Shown here piece after piece: positions 50,589 through 64,000 of a stretch of 64,000 nucleotides of DNA; position 1 is the stretch's first letter, and each line of letters starts with the position of its first letter. Position numbers and translations under genes: made by a program. This DNA comes from Octopus vulgaris. Lineage: Eukaryota. The DNA is taken from contig OX597822.1 of assembly GCA_951406725.2 (NCBI GenBank), forward strand, positions 99,696,001 through 99,760,000. The letters run 5' to 3'. A model generated the notes under the pieces. It saw nothing but the letters and a program-made list of their open reading frames with translations, did not search any database and was not told the DNA's origin.

Positions 50589-52864
50589 CATACACACACA
50601 CATATATACCACCATCATCATTGTGTGTTTATATTTGTATTCTGTCAAAGTTGCTCACAATTAGTTGTGATGTTGTCACTTCTCTTGTCAGCAATTCATC
50701 CACTCTCTTCACGCCTTTGAATGTAGATGAAATATGAGATCCTTTACCGGAAAATCCAGCATAGGTTTGCGAAAGAAAGGTCATCTGGCACTAAGACAAT
50801 ACCTCAATAGTATATTCATCCAACCCATGTTTAGCATGGGTTAAATGAATATAAAACAAATGAAAGAAGGTGCACGACTGGGAATGACTGGCTTAATTAT
50901 TAGAGAAGAGAGAATGAGAAAGGAGGGAATGAAAGAGATCATCGCATACATATTTGATTTCTTAACATCCAACTGAAATACAATCCAACTAATTTCGTGT
51001 AACATACCAACTGAGTTTCTCATAATCTCTGCATCTTAATAGCTTATGCTTTGATGAGTAATTATTGATTTATCAAATTGGCGCAAGGCTATAAATATTT
51101 AGGAAGTGGTACTCTCAATTACGCTGGCAATTCTTTGATTGTGCTTCATTTTATTAAACCCTGAAGGCTCACAAGCGAAGTTGAACTTGGAGAAATTTGA
51201 ACTCAGAACAAAGTTAGCCATAACTATAATTACATACTGCAAGGCATTTTGTCCAATTATCTGACAATTCTAATCAATCGACAACAATTTTCATGAATAT
51301 TATTTACATCTGGCAAGACATATCTGGTACTCAATCAGCCGTAAATATGATTCCATATTTAGGCTATGGTTCATTTATTGGATAAAGAACTTCATCACCT
51401 TTTAACATCCTTCCTTCTTACTGGCATGGGTTAGCAAGTTTGACAGGATCCAGTGGGGCTGAGGACTGCATCCTACTCCACTGTCAGCTTTGGCATGGTT
51501 TCTACAACTGGATACCTTTTTTAATGTTCAACCACTTCACAGAGTGTACTGGGTACTAATTTTCATGGCACCAGCATGAGTGATGTCACCATGCCACTTG
51601 CAAGATCCTTTGAGTGAGTGCAGTTACAGCAGAGAAAGAGACAGCTACGTGTTAGAAGATGAAGGTTCAAATATGAGAGAATGGGTCAGAACAGAACAGG
51701 TTTCTTGTTGTTGAGGACTGCTGGTTACTCACATTATAAAAGAAGGGGTGGATGTAACTAGACAAAACAGCAGTGACGAAGTGTTGGAATAGACCCTCAA
51801 AGTAAAAAAAGGTATATACAAGTGAAAGAAAATAGAGGGGACAGTGAGGAATATTATAATTTCATACTTGATACAATAAGCTGTTGTAGGAAACAAAATA
51901 TGATGAGTACAAATGTACACACACACACAAGCACACACACACATGTCCTTATCATCAATTTTACATTCACTGGGATAGATTAGAAAAGAATTACTGAAGC
52001 AATATTCTGTGGCTGGAGACTCTTCCAGTCACTGACATTTATCCTGTTTCGATTTTTTTACTTGTCTCACACATTGGACTGTGACCATGTTGAGTCACTG
52101 TGTTGAAGGGTTTGGTCAAACAAATCAACCCCAGAACCTATTTCTAAATCTGGTACTTATTCTTTGGGTCTCTCTTGCCAAACTATTAAGTTACAAGGAT
52201 GTAAACAAAAAAATCTTTACAGAAATTCTAAACAAGAAAACTTGATATGTTTCATTTTTTTGAATAAATAGGAATTTAATATTTTTTCCACAGTATGAAT
52301 TATTGATATTTATAAGCTAAAAAAATAAATAAATATCTTATTTTTTAATATGCTTATTGACTTTATGAATATAGTGTGTGAATAATATTTATATTCTTTT
52401 AAATTGTGCCTTGAGAAATGGGGGAAAAAAAGTGTTTGTGAAGTACTTAAATCAAGGTAACCAATTGTCATGTGGTGGTGGTGGTGGTGGTGGTGGTGGT
52501 GGTGAGGACAAACATAGACAAAGACACATACATGCACATACAATGGTCTTCCACAAAGTTTCTGTCTAGCAAATTCCTTCACAAAGCATTGGTCAGCCTG
52601 GAGCTATAGTACAACACACTTACCCAAGGTGCTATACAGTGGAACTGAACCCAACACCACATGATTTTAAAGTGAAACTTTTAACCACACAGCCGTGCTT
52701 CTTTTACAAGTAAAGTAAAATTGTTCCATTAGTCATAACAAGTCAAAATTGTTGATCTGTAAGACATACTGTCCACAAGAGGATGAAACCAAAGCCCATG
52801 TGGGTGTGAAATAAACTCCAAAGCCTCATAGCTATGCATGAACCCTTGTATATATCTTTTTTTT

Positions 52865-53081
52865 TATCTTTTATCTTTTATTTGTTTCAGTAATTTGTCT
52901 GAGACCATGCTGGAGCACCGCCTTTTTAGTCGAGCAAATCGACCCCAGGGCTTATTCTTTGTAAGCCTAGTACTTATTCTATCGGTCTCTTTTGCCGAAC
53001 CGCTAAGTTACGGGGACGTAAACACACCAGCATCGGTTGTCAAGTGATGTTGGGGGGACAAACACAAACACATACATACAT

Positions 53082-53112
<31 letters not shown>

Positions 53113-53292
53113 CATACATACATATATGCGAGGGGCTTCTTTCAGTTTCTGTCTACCAAATCCACTCACAAGGCTTTGGTCGACCGGAGGCTATAGTAGA
53201 AGACACTTGCCCGAGGTGTCACGCAGTGGGACTGAACCCAGAACCATGTGGTTCGTAAGCAAGCTACTTACCACACAGTCACACCTATGCCT
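52865..53292 (-). mobile_element. tRNA-derived SINE family A
   Basis: Full-length match. Confidence 0.9.
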
Positions 53293-54044
53293 TTGCATAT
53301 ATATATATACATAATATATATATCAAAAAATGCTTGTATGTGTGAGTGCATGTGCGTGTGTGTGTGTGTGTGTATACACATACATACATTATAGATATAT
53401 ACATACATACATATATATCTCGGAACAGTAAGTGCCAATGCACGACACTACCAGCCTTTGCTTCTACTAGATATTAATAGAATATACATATATTTAAATT
53501 CTCAGCCCTATTTTCCCTGTTTGCATCACACACACACACACACACACACACACAAGGCATTGGGAATGGTGTGTGTCAAAGAAGTTCAGATTCAGTCCTG
53601 CAGTATAGCACCTTGAACATGCGTCTTCTATTATAGCACCTGGCTGACTGAAACCTTGGATTTGGCAGATGGAAACGGAAAGTAGTATGCTACATGTGAA
53701 CATGTATGTGCAAGTGTGTGTGTGTTTGTATTGTTTTGTCTTGACATTGTGTGGCAGTGGTAAATGGATGCCAGCACACAAGTGGTATTGTTTGTTCCAG
53801 ATCCTCCATGAAAACATATCTGGCAAAAGACATGTTATGCTTTCACTTAGCAATAGTAATACTATTAATCGGTTGTTAGGACTCAATGTATTCACGTTGT
53901 AGAGTAAAGCCTTGGGCAATTAGAGAGTGTAATATCAATTAATGAATAAAGGACAAAAGAACAGGAGTTATGTAATCACCTTCAATAGCTTACAGCTGTT
54001 TCTGCAACACAAAGCTGTGCACTCCAATTCTATTGTCATTTATA

Positions 54045-54402
<358 letters not shown>

Positions 54403-55237
54403 ATGGTGCAGCCTTCTGGCTTCTCAGACCCCAGTTGAACCGTCCAACCCATGCTAGCATGGAAAGCGGACGCTAAATGATGATGATGATGATATATATA
54501 TATATATATACAATATGTATATTTTTACACATATATATTTATATATATACATGCATGTGCACATCTGCATTTATACACACACACACATATATCCATGCAG
54601 AGTGGAAATAACTAATTAAGAAGGATAATTTGACACTGCAACAAACATACCAAGAAAGCTAGAAATATAACCATTCAATCATTCCATAGAAATGAAGTCC
54701 TTCCTTTGTTAAACCATAAGAATGAAAAATGTGTAGAAAAGAAAATGTGTAGGAAAGAAAGAAAAGTTGATTTGTCAAACATTGGTTTACATTATTGTTA
54801 ATATCATTATGACAGTATTGAGAAATAAATTGGTTAATAACATCTCTTGAAGGAAATGTTAGGAGATGACAGTAGCCTTTTTTTATTTATTCTTTTTTTT
54901 TCTCGCAAAATTGGTTTGGTTGTATTGGTTTTTATGTGCTTGTTGTATTTTATTTATGTCGAAAGAAAAATTCATATGTATCAAAAACTCATTTTTCAAG
55001 CTATATATACATATATACATACACATATACACATATACACATATATACATACACATATACATACACATGCACACATCAAGATGGCAGTGAAAAATGATAG
55101 AGGTGCAGGTGTAATGGTAGTGGTGGTGGGAGTGGAGAGAGAAAGAGTAAGTAAATCAAATATTGATTTATAAGTGACTGAAATAGTTCATTCACTTTCT
55201 CTCTCTCTCTCATTTTTGTTTTGTCATATCTATAATA

Positions 55238-55435
55238 GGCATGGCGGTGAGGTAAGAAGCTTGCTTACTGACCGCATGGTTTCAGTTTCAGTCCCACTGG
55301 GTTTCACCTTGGACAAGTGTCTTCTACTATTAGTCTCATGCTGACCAAAGCCTTGTGAGTGGATTTGGTAGAGGGGAAACTGAAAGAAGCCCGTCATATA
55401 TATTTGTGTGTGTGTGTATGTGTGTGTGTGTGTGT

Positions 55436-55472
<37 letters not shown>

Positions 55473-55670
55473 TATCTGTGTTTGTCTCCCGTCACTATTT
55501 GACAGCAGGTGTTGATGTGTTCATGTCCCCATAACTTAGCAGTTTGGCAAAAGAGAGCTATAGAATAAGTACTAGGCTGAAAAGGAATATGAACTATGGC
55601 TGATTCTTTCGACAAAAAACTCTCCAAAGCAGTGGCCACAGTCTAATGACTGAAACATGTAAAAGTGAGA
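55238..55670 (+). mobile_element. tRNA-derived SINE family A (old)
   Basis: Diverged full-length match. Confidence 0.8.
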
Positions 55671-56307
55671 AAAAAAAAACGACTAGTGAAAAAACAGAGA
55701 CTAGGAAAGAAAAAAACAGAGACTTGTACAGCCTGAAGTGAGGAGCATCAAGGTATAGATTCCATTAGCATTCAAAGACAACATACTGGGAAGAAGTAAA
55801 AAAAAAAAAAACAACAACGAAATGACAACAAAAAAAAATAATAATAACTAACACTAAGGGTGAAGTAATTTAACTATGATCTGTGAAAGACAGATTTGAA
55901 AGAAGGAAAAGTCTATTTTCTGAGAGTTAATTAAACAGATTCATTTAATGATGTCAATATGGCAAAACATATGCAAAAATTTTGATTATTATATAAATGG
56001 AAAAAAATATATAAATACATATATTGAACCATGTATGCACTCATGGTAATCATAACATTTTTTAATAATAATTTTTGCCTCCTACTTCATGCTTAATTTC
56101 AACATTACTCATAGACTGAAGTAGTGTATGAAATATTTTGTAAAAATAGATTCCACAGAAACTGATAAAGGTTGCTGCAGCAAATAATAAGTACAAAATG
56201 TTTGTATAATATGAATAAATTATTTTGCTGTGGAGAATATGGTTCATTCCTTATAATTCAAAAACTGATTCATTCTCTCTCCTGCCTCGGTGTTTTTCTT
56301 TTTTCTA

Positions 56308-56515
56308 TTACTCTTTTACTTGTTTCAGTCATTTGACTGTGGCCATTCAGAAGCACCACCTTTAGTTGAACAAATTGACCCCAGGACTTATTCTTTGTAA
56401 GCCAAGTACTTATTCTAACGGTCTCTTTTGCTGAACTGCTAAGTTACAGGGACATAAACACACCAACATCAGTTGTCAAGTGATGATGGCGGGGACAAAC
56501 ACAGACACACAAATA
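56308..56515 (-). mobile_element. SINE family A, 3' half
   Basis: Truncated at the internal microsatellite. Confidence 0.8.
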
Positions 56516-56901
56516 CATATATATATATCATCATCATCATCATTTAACGTCCACCCTCCAGGCTAGCATGGGTGGGATAGTTTCACAAGAGCTGGCCAAG
56601 CAGAAGTTTGCACCAGACTTCTGTGACTGTTTTGGCAGGATATATATATATATATATATGACAGTTGAAACATTCCTGTCACAACGTGGGACCTTGAAGA
56701 CTGCTTAAATGCAAGAAAGTATACTAGTCCCTTAATATTTGATATTCAATATTTCATCTATTCAATAAGACAATCAATACTTCATTTCATTTTACTATAT
56801 ATATACTATCTATACTACATATTCTATATTCTACATTAATATTATAAAGAATATAAATAAAACATAAAAAACAGACAGAGTTGGAATTCCATTGAATAAT
56901 A

Positions 56902-57101
56902 TTACTCTTTTACTTGTTTCAGTTATTTTTGACTGCGGCCATGCTGGAGCACAGCCTTTAATTGAGCAACTCGACCCCGGGACTTATTCTTTTGTAAGCC
57001 CAGTACTTATTCTATCAGTCTCTTTTGCCGAACCGATAAGTAACGGGGACATAAACACACCAGCATCGGTTGTCAAGCAATGCTAGGGAGACAAACACAT
57101 G

Positions 57102-57143
<42 letters not shown>

Positions 57144-57308
57144 TACGACGGGCTCCTTTCAGTTTACGTCTACCAAATCCACTCACAAGGCTTTGGTCGG
57201 CCCAAGGCTATAGTAGAAGACACTTGCCCAAGGTGCCACGCAGTGGGACTGAACCCGGAACCATGTGGTTGGTAAACAAGCTACTTACCACACAGCCACT
57301 CCTGCGCC
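56902..57308 (-). mobile_element. tRNA-derived SINE family A (young)
   Basis: Full-length match. Confidence 0.9.
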
Positions 57309-58687
57309 TATATATATATATACGAATGTGTCTGCACATTAATGTCATCTTGTCTCAACATCACATGTTCGTTGTAAATGAGCATCGCCATTATACAAGC
57401 AATGTCCTTTGTTTAAAATCTGTGGAAATATCTCTAGCTACTTTATTTGGAATCAGGTGTGAGTTAGCAATCGGAAGTGCATCCAGCTGTAGAGAATTTG
57501 TCTTAACAAATTCTATCGGATGCATACATGCATGGAAAAATGGACATTAAAATGAAAATGACGAAGACTGTTCAAATATAGATGATTAATTATTAAACAG
57601 CAACTTCAGTTTTTACCAAAAAATATTAATATTCTATCTTTTCTCTCTTTCTCTCTCTCATAGATTCATTAAAAAAAATATTTTATATGGACATCATTTT
57701 ATAAAAAAAAAAACATTTCAAGTAAGACATCATTTAATTTGCTTCAGTCTCTTTTGTTAAAAATAGCCATTCTTCATAGTAGTTTGGTAAGTTTAATGAG
57801 AGGAACCACATAGTAACAATAAATAAATAAATAAATTAACAAAAGAATTCAATAATTCATATACAAAGTTATATACAAATTAACAGAAGTATATCACTCA
57901 TGCTTTTTTTTACAACATAGGTGGGATGGAAAATGGAAGGAAACAGATTGTTTTTATAGACATTTTCAAAATTCTGGTATTTGAACTGTATTGACAAAAA
58001 GGAAACAAGAAAGAAATGACCATGATTAGCTGTTATAAAATTACGCTTTGACACATTGATGTATTATGCTGTCAAATGAAGACTGAGCCATTTCAGCCAT
58101 TATTTCAATAAATATGTAGATAATGTTGTTATATTTATAGTGAAGTTCTTATAAGCAAAATCAGGATATTTCATTGCCATGATTTCTCTATTGACTTGTT
58201 CTTTAAATTTAGAAATTTGGCAAGAATTTAGATGTTCAGCTGCTGGATAAAGAAAATATTTGCTGATGCCCCAGTTAAAACCAAATTTTTCATTTTTTGT
58301 CCTAAGTACTCTACTATGGTTATTTATAATACTGAAGATATTGGAGACAATCAAATCTATCTTTATAACTAATTTATTAATTAATCATACACGTTAATGC
58401 TTGCATGCATGCCTACACACACATACATACATACATACATACACACATACATAGTCAAAAAAGAGAAAGAGAAATTGAAGGAGAGTGTGTAAATATATAG
58501 GGTTTGTGCATATGTACACACACAAATATATACATATGTTTGTATATTTGCATGACAGTATACTTTTCACTGGTCCAAGCATCAAATAACTTGCAACCAG
58601 TTCGCCTTCAAACTACATTATACTGTCTTAGAACAAACAACACACAGGATAATGTAGTCTGTGGCACACTACACTTAAAAACAAGTG

Positions 58688-58995
58688 AAGGTACGTGGCT
58701 TATTGGTTAGGGGCATTCAGCCCATGATTGTAAGGTTGTGAGTTCAATGTGTCTTTGAGCAAGACCCTTTATTTCACATTGCTCCAGTCCACTCAGCTGG
58801 CAAGAGTGAGTAGTACCTGTATTTCAAAGGGCCAGCCTTGTCACTCTCTGTGTCATGCTGAATCTCCCCGAGAACTACGTTAAGGGTACATGTCTCTGTG
58901 GAGTGCTCAGCCACTTACACATTAATTTCATGAGTAAACTGTTCTGTTGATTATATCAGCTGGGACCCTCGTCGTCGCAACAGACAAAGTGCTCC
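58688..58995 (+). mobile_element. tRNA-headed SINE (chimeric family-C head, 20990-type tail)
   Basis: TTTGAGCAAGACCCTT followed by ACCTGTATTTCAAAGGGCCAGCCTTGTCAC...CCCTCGTCGTCG. Confidence 0.75.
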
Positions 58996-59801
58996 TTTAT
59001 GCTTAAAAACAGAAGACAGGGTGGTCAAGGTTGGACTACCTTTGATCATAAGTCTGATCACAGATCTGCTTGACTTAGCGCTAAACCACAACAATGACAA
59101 CAGCAACATATCAAAACACTTTTATCAGTTAAGTTCTGGGAAAACAAGAAGAAATTTCATCTCTAAACTTTGCATATTTGGTTTATGCAAATTGATTGAA
59201 CTTCCTGGAGAATAGTGAATGCAAGGAGAAAAAAATCTGAAATTCAAATTTAATCAACTTTGCATAACATTTTCATTAGTGTCAATTACAGAGGAGCTAA
59301 GAAGTTAGCACAATAACTCTATCACAGGTTCTGTGCTGTGGCATAATTATATTTCCTACAACTGCCTTGCCGTTAGTTATTTCCGAAATGAAATCCATAC
59401 TCTCTCTTTCTTAGTAGCTGGTCATAATTTCTTTTTGCTGTTCTTAGTTTTACTTTATTCTGATAATCACTAAATCTCAGTACAAAACATATGCTTAGTT
59501 AATTTTCTTCAATAATTTTCATTATAGTTAATCCATCCCATTCCACTTTACACTTCTTATTTTAGATGCAAACTGAACTTAATAATTGGAATCTCCTGGG
59601 CTAAAAAAAAAATAAATAATTAGTTTGATTACTAAATTCCAAATATATTCAGTGATTCAATTTTGTTTTTTTTTTAATTCTCAAGCTCATTTATATTTAT
59701 TGTCTTCTAATAATTTATGCAATGGAAGTGTAACATATTAGCATATCATTTAAGAGTTATATTTTCTTCATACCTATGCACTAGTTAGTGAGGTATGTCC
59801 A

Positions 59802-60030
59802 TTAACCCTTTAGTGTTCGCATTATTCTGCCAAAATTAATCCTTTTTTACCCACTTTGTTTTGAACTAATCATGCATTATCTTGTAGCTATGAGATTTTG
59901 ATGAGGTAGCTGTTAATTTTTAAAACAATATTGTAGGGTTGGTGTGAGAGACCAGATCTGGCCAGTTTGACCATAAAACAGGCAGAATACTTTTGGCCGG
60001 ATATGGCCGGTTCAAATGCTAAAGGGTTAA
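59802..60030. mobile_element. piggyBac-type MITE, family 2
   Basis: TTAA-CCCTTTAG...GCTAAAGGG-TTAA. Confidence 0.8.
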
Positions 60031-60321
60031 GATGTTTGCCAGAAACTCACCTGTACAAATGTCGTTGAAAAAACTAAAACAGCATCACCTTCTTTCTTAT
60101 CATATTTCTGTTAAAATATGGCCTTTGTTTCAATAAATTTTGAAAATAACAAAAAATTGAGTAAACTAACTTTGTCATCATTAACCCTTTTCCCACCAAC
60201 CCAAAGGAAACATCTTTGGTTCTATGATTTAAAATGACAAAAATTAAAACCTTGCATCAAACTTTCATGTTATTGTTTCAAATAGTAGGTCAACAGGCAC
60301 ATAAATATTTTACTAAATATA

Positions 60322-60698
60322 GGCGTAGGAGTGGCCGTGTGGTAAGTAGCTTGCTTACCAGCCACATGGCTCCGGGTTCAGTCCCACTGCATGGGACCTT
60401 GGGCAATTTTCTTCTACTATAGCCTCGGGCCGACCCAAGCCTTGTGAGTGGATTTGGTAGATGGAAACTGAAAGAAGCTCGTTGTGTATATGTGATCTCT
60501 TGAGCACCACCAGCTCAAATATTTTTTCCTCTGTCTTCCCTCCTTGGGATCTTTCCTTCTCCTTGTTTCCGACGAAGAGCTCCGCTCGAAACGTTAAACC
60601 CTCCTTCCCTTCTTTCCTGAGCGTCAATAATACTTTAATTGTTCCACGTCCTGTGTTGCTGTGTTTTTTTCTCTTTTTTTCTGTTTTCTTGTTTGGAT

Positions 60699-60751
<53 letters not shown>

Positions 60752-61080
60752 CGTCCGTTTTTCCATGCTAAAACCGTCCAACCTATGCTAGCATGGAAAA
60801 CAGACATTAAATGATGATGATGATATATATATATATATATGTATATGTGTATATGTGTGTGTGTGTGTGTATATGTTTGTGTGTCTGTTTTTGTCCCCCC
60901 AGCATCGCTTGACAAACGATGCTGGTGTGTTTACATCCCCGTAACTTAGCGGTTCAGCAAAAGAGACCGGTAGAATAAATACTAGGCTTACAAAGAATAA
61001 GTTCTGGGGTTGATTTGCTCGGCTAAAGGCGGTGCTCCTGCATGGCCACAGTCAAATGACTGAAACAAGTAAAAGAGTAA
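60322..61080 (+). mobile_element. SINE family A with nested insertions in its internal microsatellite
   Basis: Head at 60322-60485, a hammerhead element at ~60493-60703, RTE-tail pieces at 60750-60825 and the SINE 3' half at 60870-61080. Confidence 0.85.
60565..60599 (+). ncRNA. Minimal hammerhead ribozyme-like motif (U4C variant)
   Basis: GTTT-CCGACGA-A-GAGC-TCC-GCTC-GAA-ACGT-T-AAAC: 4-bp stem I, 4-bp stem II, ACGT palindrome. Confidence 0.65.
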
Positions 61081-62166
61081 ATTCTTCAATATTTTCAAAA
61101 TTAATTGTAACCAAGGTAATGTACTTCAATAGAAATTATTGTCATCCATGTTCCATTCTGGCATGATATTAGCAGTTTGGCAGGATTCTGATGGGTCAAA
61201 GGACTACATTGTACTTCACTGTCAACTTTGGGATAGTTTCTATGACTGGGTACTCTTCCTAACACCAACCACTTTACAGCATGTACTGTGTGTCTTTTTA
61301 TTTTCCCATGACACTAGCTCCAGTGAGGTTGCTATGCAACCAGAAAAACTAGGAGCCCCAAGAAAGGTGGATTCGTGCTCTGTGATGAGAGAAAAAGCTA
61401 GGGATTTTGCTGAAGAGGAACGATATGGCTACTCACATTTTAGAAGAGGGGGTGGAGGCAGTAATTGGAGTGGAGCTAAGAAGACATAAAGATAGTGGTG
61501 ATGAGGTGTCTGGGTGGACCCTAAAGGTACAAGGTAAGTGGTAGTGAGTGCAGAGAGAAGTACTCAGTGGATGGATAGGGATTAGGAGAGTGTGGGGAAG
61601 AATGTGAGATACAGAATGAGTGAGGGGGTGAATATAATGAATGAAGAACTAGTGTTGAAAGATGATAAATAGAGAAGAGTAGAGATTGAATAAGATTGAG
61701 GGGGTTAATGTATAGATAAATAGGGAACAGTAGAGACTGAATAAGATTAAGGGGGTTGATGTATAGATGTAGAGAATGGTGGAGAAGGGAAGTGGGAATG
61801 ACTGGGGATTAAGCTAATGCTTTCAACATAAATTAACAAAAACAAATTTTGATGGAAGAATTTAATTTAGATTACTTAAAGACAGAAAGTTTGTATCCTA
61901 GAATCTGGGGGTAGGGATAGGAATTCAGATGAGTTGGTATCAAAAAAGTTAATTCCCCCAACATTAAGCATGTTAACACTAACTTAAATATTATAGTCCA
62001 ACACATTTCCTAATGACTGGATTCCACAAATATCCATAGGACCACATTCTTCAGAAAAGAAAGGGTTCCAACATATTAATTCCAGAAGTAATATTATTGC
62101 TGGATCAATAACACCAACTTCAAATTTGCCTTTACCTAAGTATATATATTTATATATATATATATA

Positions 62167-62538
62167 CTCTCTTTTTACTCTTTTACTTGTTTCAGTAATT
62201 TGACTGTGGCCATGCTGGAGCACCGCCTCCAGTCGAGCAAACTGACACCAGGACTTATTCTTTGGAAGCCTAGTACTTATTCTATCAGTCTCTTTTGCCG
62301 AACTGCTAGCACACCAGCATAGGTTGTCAAACACAGGCACACAAACATACACACATACATATATATATACATATATACAACAGGCTTCTTTCAGTTTCCG
62401 TCTACCAAATCCACTCACAAGGCTTTGGTCGGCCCGAGGCTATAGTAGAAGACACTTGCCCAAGGTGCCACGCAGTGGGACTGAACCCGAAACCATGTGG
62501 TTGGTAAGCAAGCTACTTACCACACAGCCACTCCTGCG

Positions 62539-62540
<2 letters not shown>
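62167..62540 (-). mobile_element. tRNA-derived SINE family A
   Basis: Near full length with small internal deletions. Confidence 0.9.
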
Positions 62541-62589
<49 letters not shown>

Positions 62590-63082
62590 GGTTGTGAACA
62601 CACTTGTTGATCTGTTGTTATTCTATAGCAAAAAAAAATACAAACAAACAAAAAAACATACACTATCTTATCGCAAATATCTAACTCCTTTATCTTAAAC
62701 TTATTACAAGTTACCAAAGTATGCATGCATTCCAGCACAGAGGTACTTTGATTGAGCAATGACTGGCAATCAAGGTATACAGCATACAGAAGTATTTTTC
62801 ACCTAACAATATTAGTTGTAGCAGATAATTTGGTTTAAATCCTTTTCTCCAGGATATGAGACTTTTCTGGGGTTTTTTTGTTTTTTTTTTAACTCAGAAC
62901 TCTACATGTACACAGGTAATCAGACAGGCAGGTATAGACTCTTTGAAATTAACAGAAATCTCAATGCTCATCACACAGTCAAAACAAAACACAAGCACAT
63001 GTATATAATTACACACTGAGAAAAAGTGACAAAAATTCAATTATTTTGAAGCAAACAGGCTGTGGAAAATTTGAAAAGAAAG

Positions 63083-63125
<43 letters not shown>

Positions 63126-63258
63126 CAATCACATAAAAAGAGATTATGCTCAACAGATAATGATGAAATGAAAAGCAAATTCCAACAATTAATTTCTATT
63201 ATGAAAAAAAAAAACATTAACAATAGAAAAAGTATTGTATTACATTGCAGAGCTCAGC

Positions 63259-63295
<37 letters not shown>

Positions 63296-63332
63296 TATAT
63301 ATGTCATCATTTAGTGTCTGTATTCCTTATTG

Positions 63333-64000
63333 ACATACATTCATACATACACACACACACACACATATATACATAATACATACATACACACACACTCACA
63401 TACATACATACATACATACATGCATACATACATAATACATGCATGCATGCATACATACACACATACATGCATGCATACATACATACATACATACACACAC
63501 ACATGCATGCATACATACATACATACATACATACATACAATTTCATGCATGCATGCATACATACATACATAATACATACATGCATGCATACATACATACA
63601 TAATACATGCATACATACATACACACATACACACACACATACATACATACATACATGCATGCATGCATGCATGCATACATACATACATACATACACATAC
63701 ATACACACACACATACATACATACATACATACATACATACATACATAATATATGCATGCATACATACATACATACATACATACATGCATGCATACATACA
63801 TACATACATACATACACACACATACATACACACACACACACACATACATACATACATACATACATACATACATACATACACACACACATACATACATACA
63901 TACATACATACATACACACACACATACACACACACATACATACATACATACATACATACATACATACATACATACATACATACATACATACATACATACA
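63333..64000. repeat. Compound (CATA)n/(CATG)n/(CA)n microsatellite
   Basis: Direct inspection; it runs to the window end. Confidence 0.95.

Noticed and set aside
57080-57550. Recurrent ORFs with RRHLPKVPRSGTEPGTMW or DTCPRCHAVGLNPEP peptides
   Set aside because: They are readings of non-coding SINE family A, recur at every copy and have no consistent frame.
63307-63997. Several 150-230-aa ORFs
   Set aside because: Translations of (CATA)n repeat.

Overview
AT-rich, repeat-saturated eukaryotic DNA. The SINE families, the dense (TA)n/(CA)n/(AG)n/(CATA)n microsatellites and the RTE/mariner remnants resemble what I recall from octopus (coleoid cephalopod) genomes; this is an inference, not a lookup. 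Almost all of the window reads as intron or intergenic sequence. One plausible host coding exon lies on the minus strand (31491-31721, GTAAGT donor), preceded by about 1.1 kb of repeat-free, CpG-retaining leader/promoter-like DNA. The rest is dozens of tRNA-headed SINEs from at least three families, RTE-type LINE fragments and tails, TTAA-flanked piggyBac-type MITEs, Tc1/mariner and pogo/Tigger remnants, several long fold-back elements and a ~58-bp minisatellite that grew out of an RTE ORF. The main unexpected signal is a set of at least six sequence-unrelated short elements, mostly sitting in or beside microsatellites, that each fold as a minimal type I hammerhead ribozyme of the Penelope-like/retrozyme kind. 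One has a compensatory G3-C8 core swap and one is fused behind a tRNA-derived Pol III head. Coordinates were counted by eye and repeat boundaries are approximate. Nearly all listed ORFs are microsatellite or SINE artefacts.
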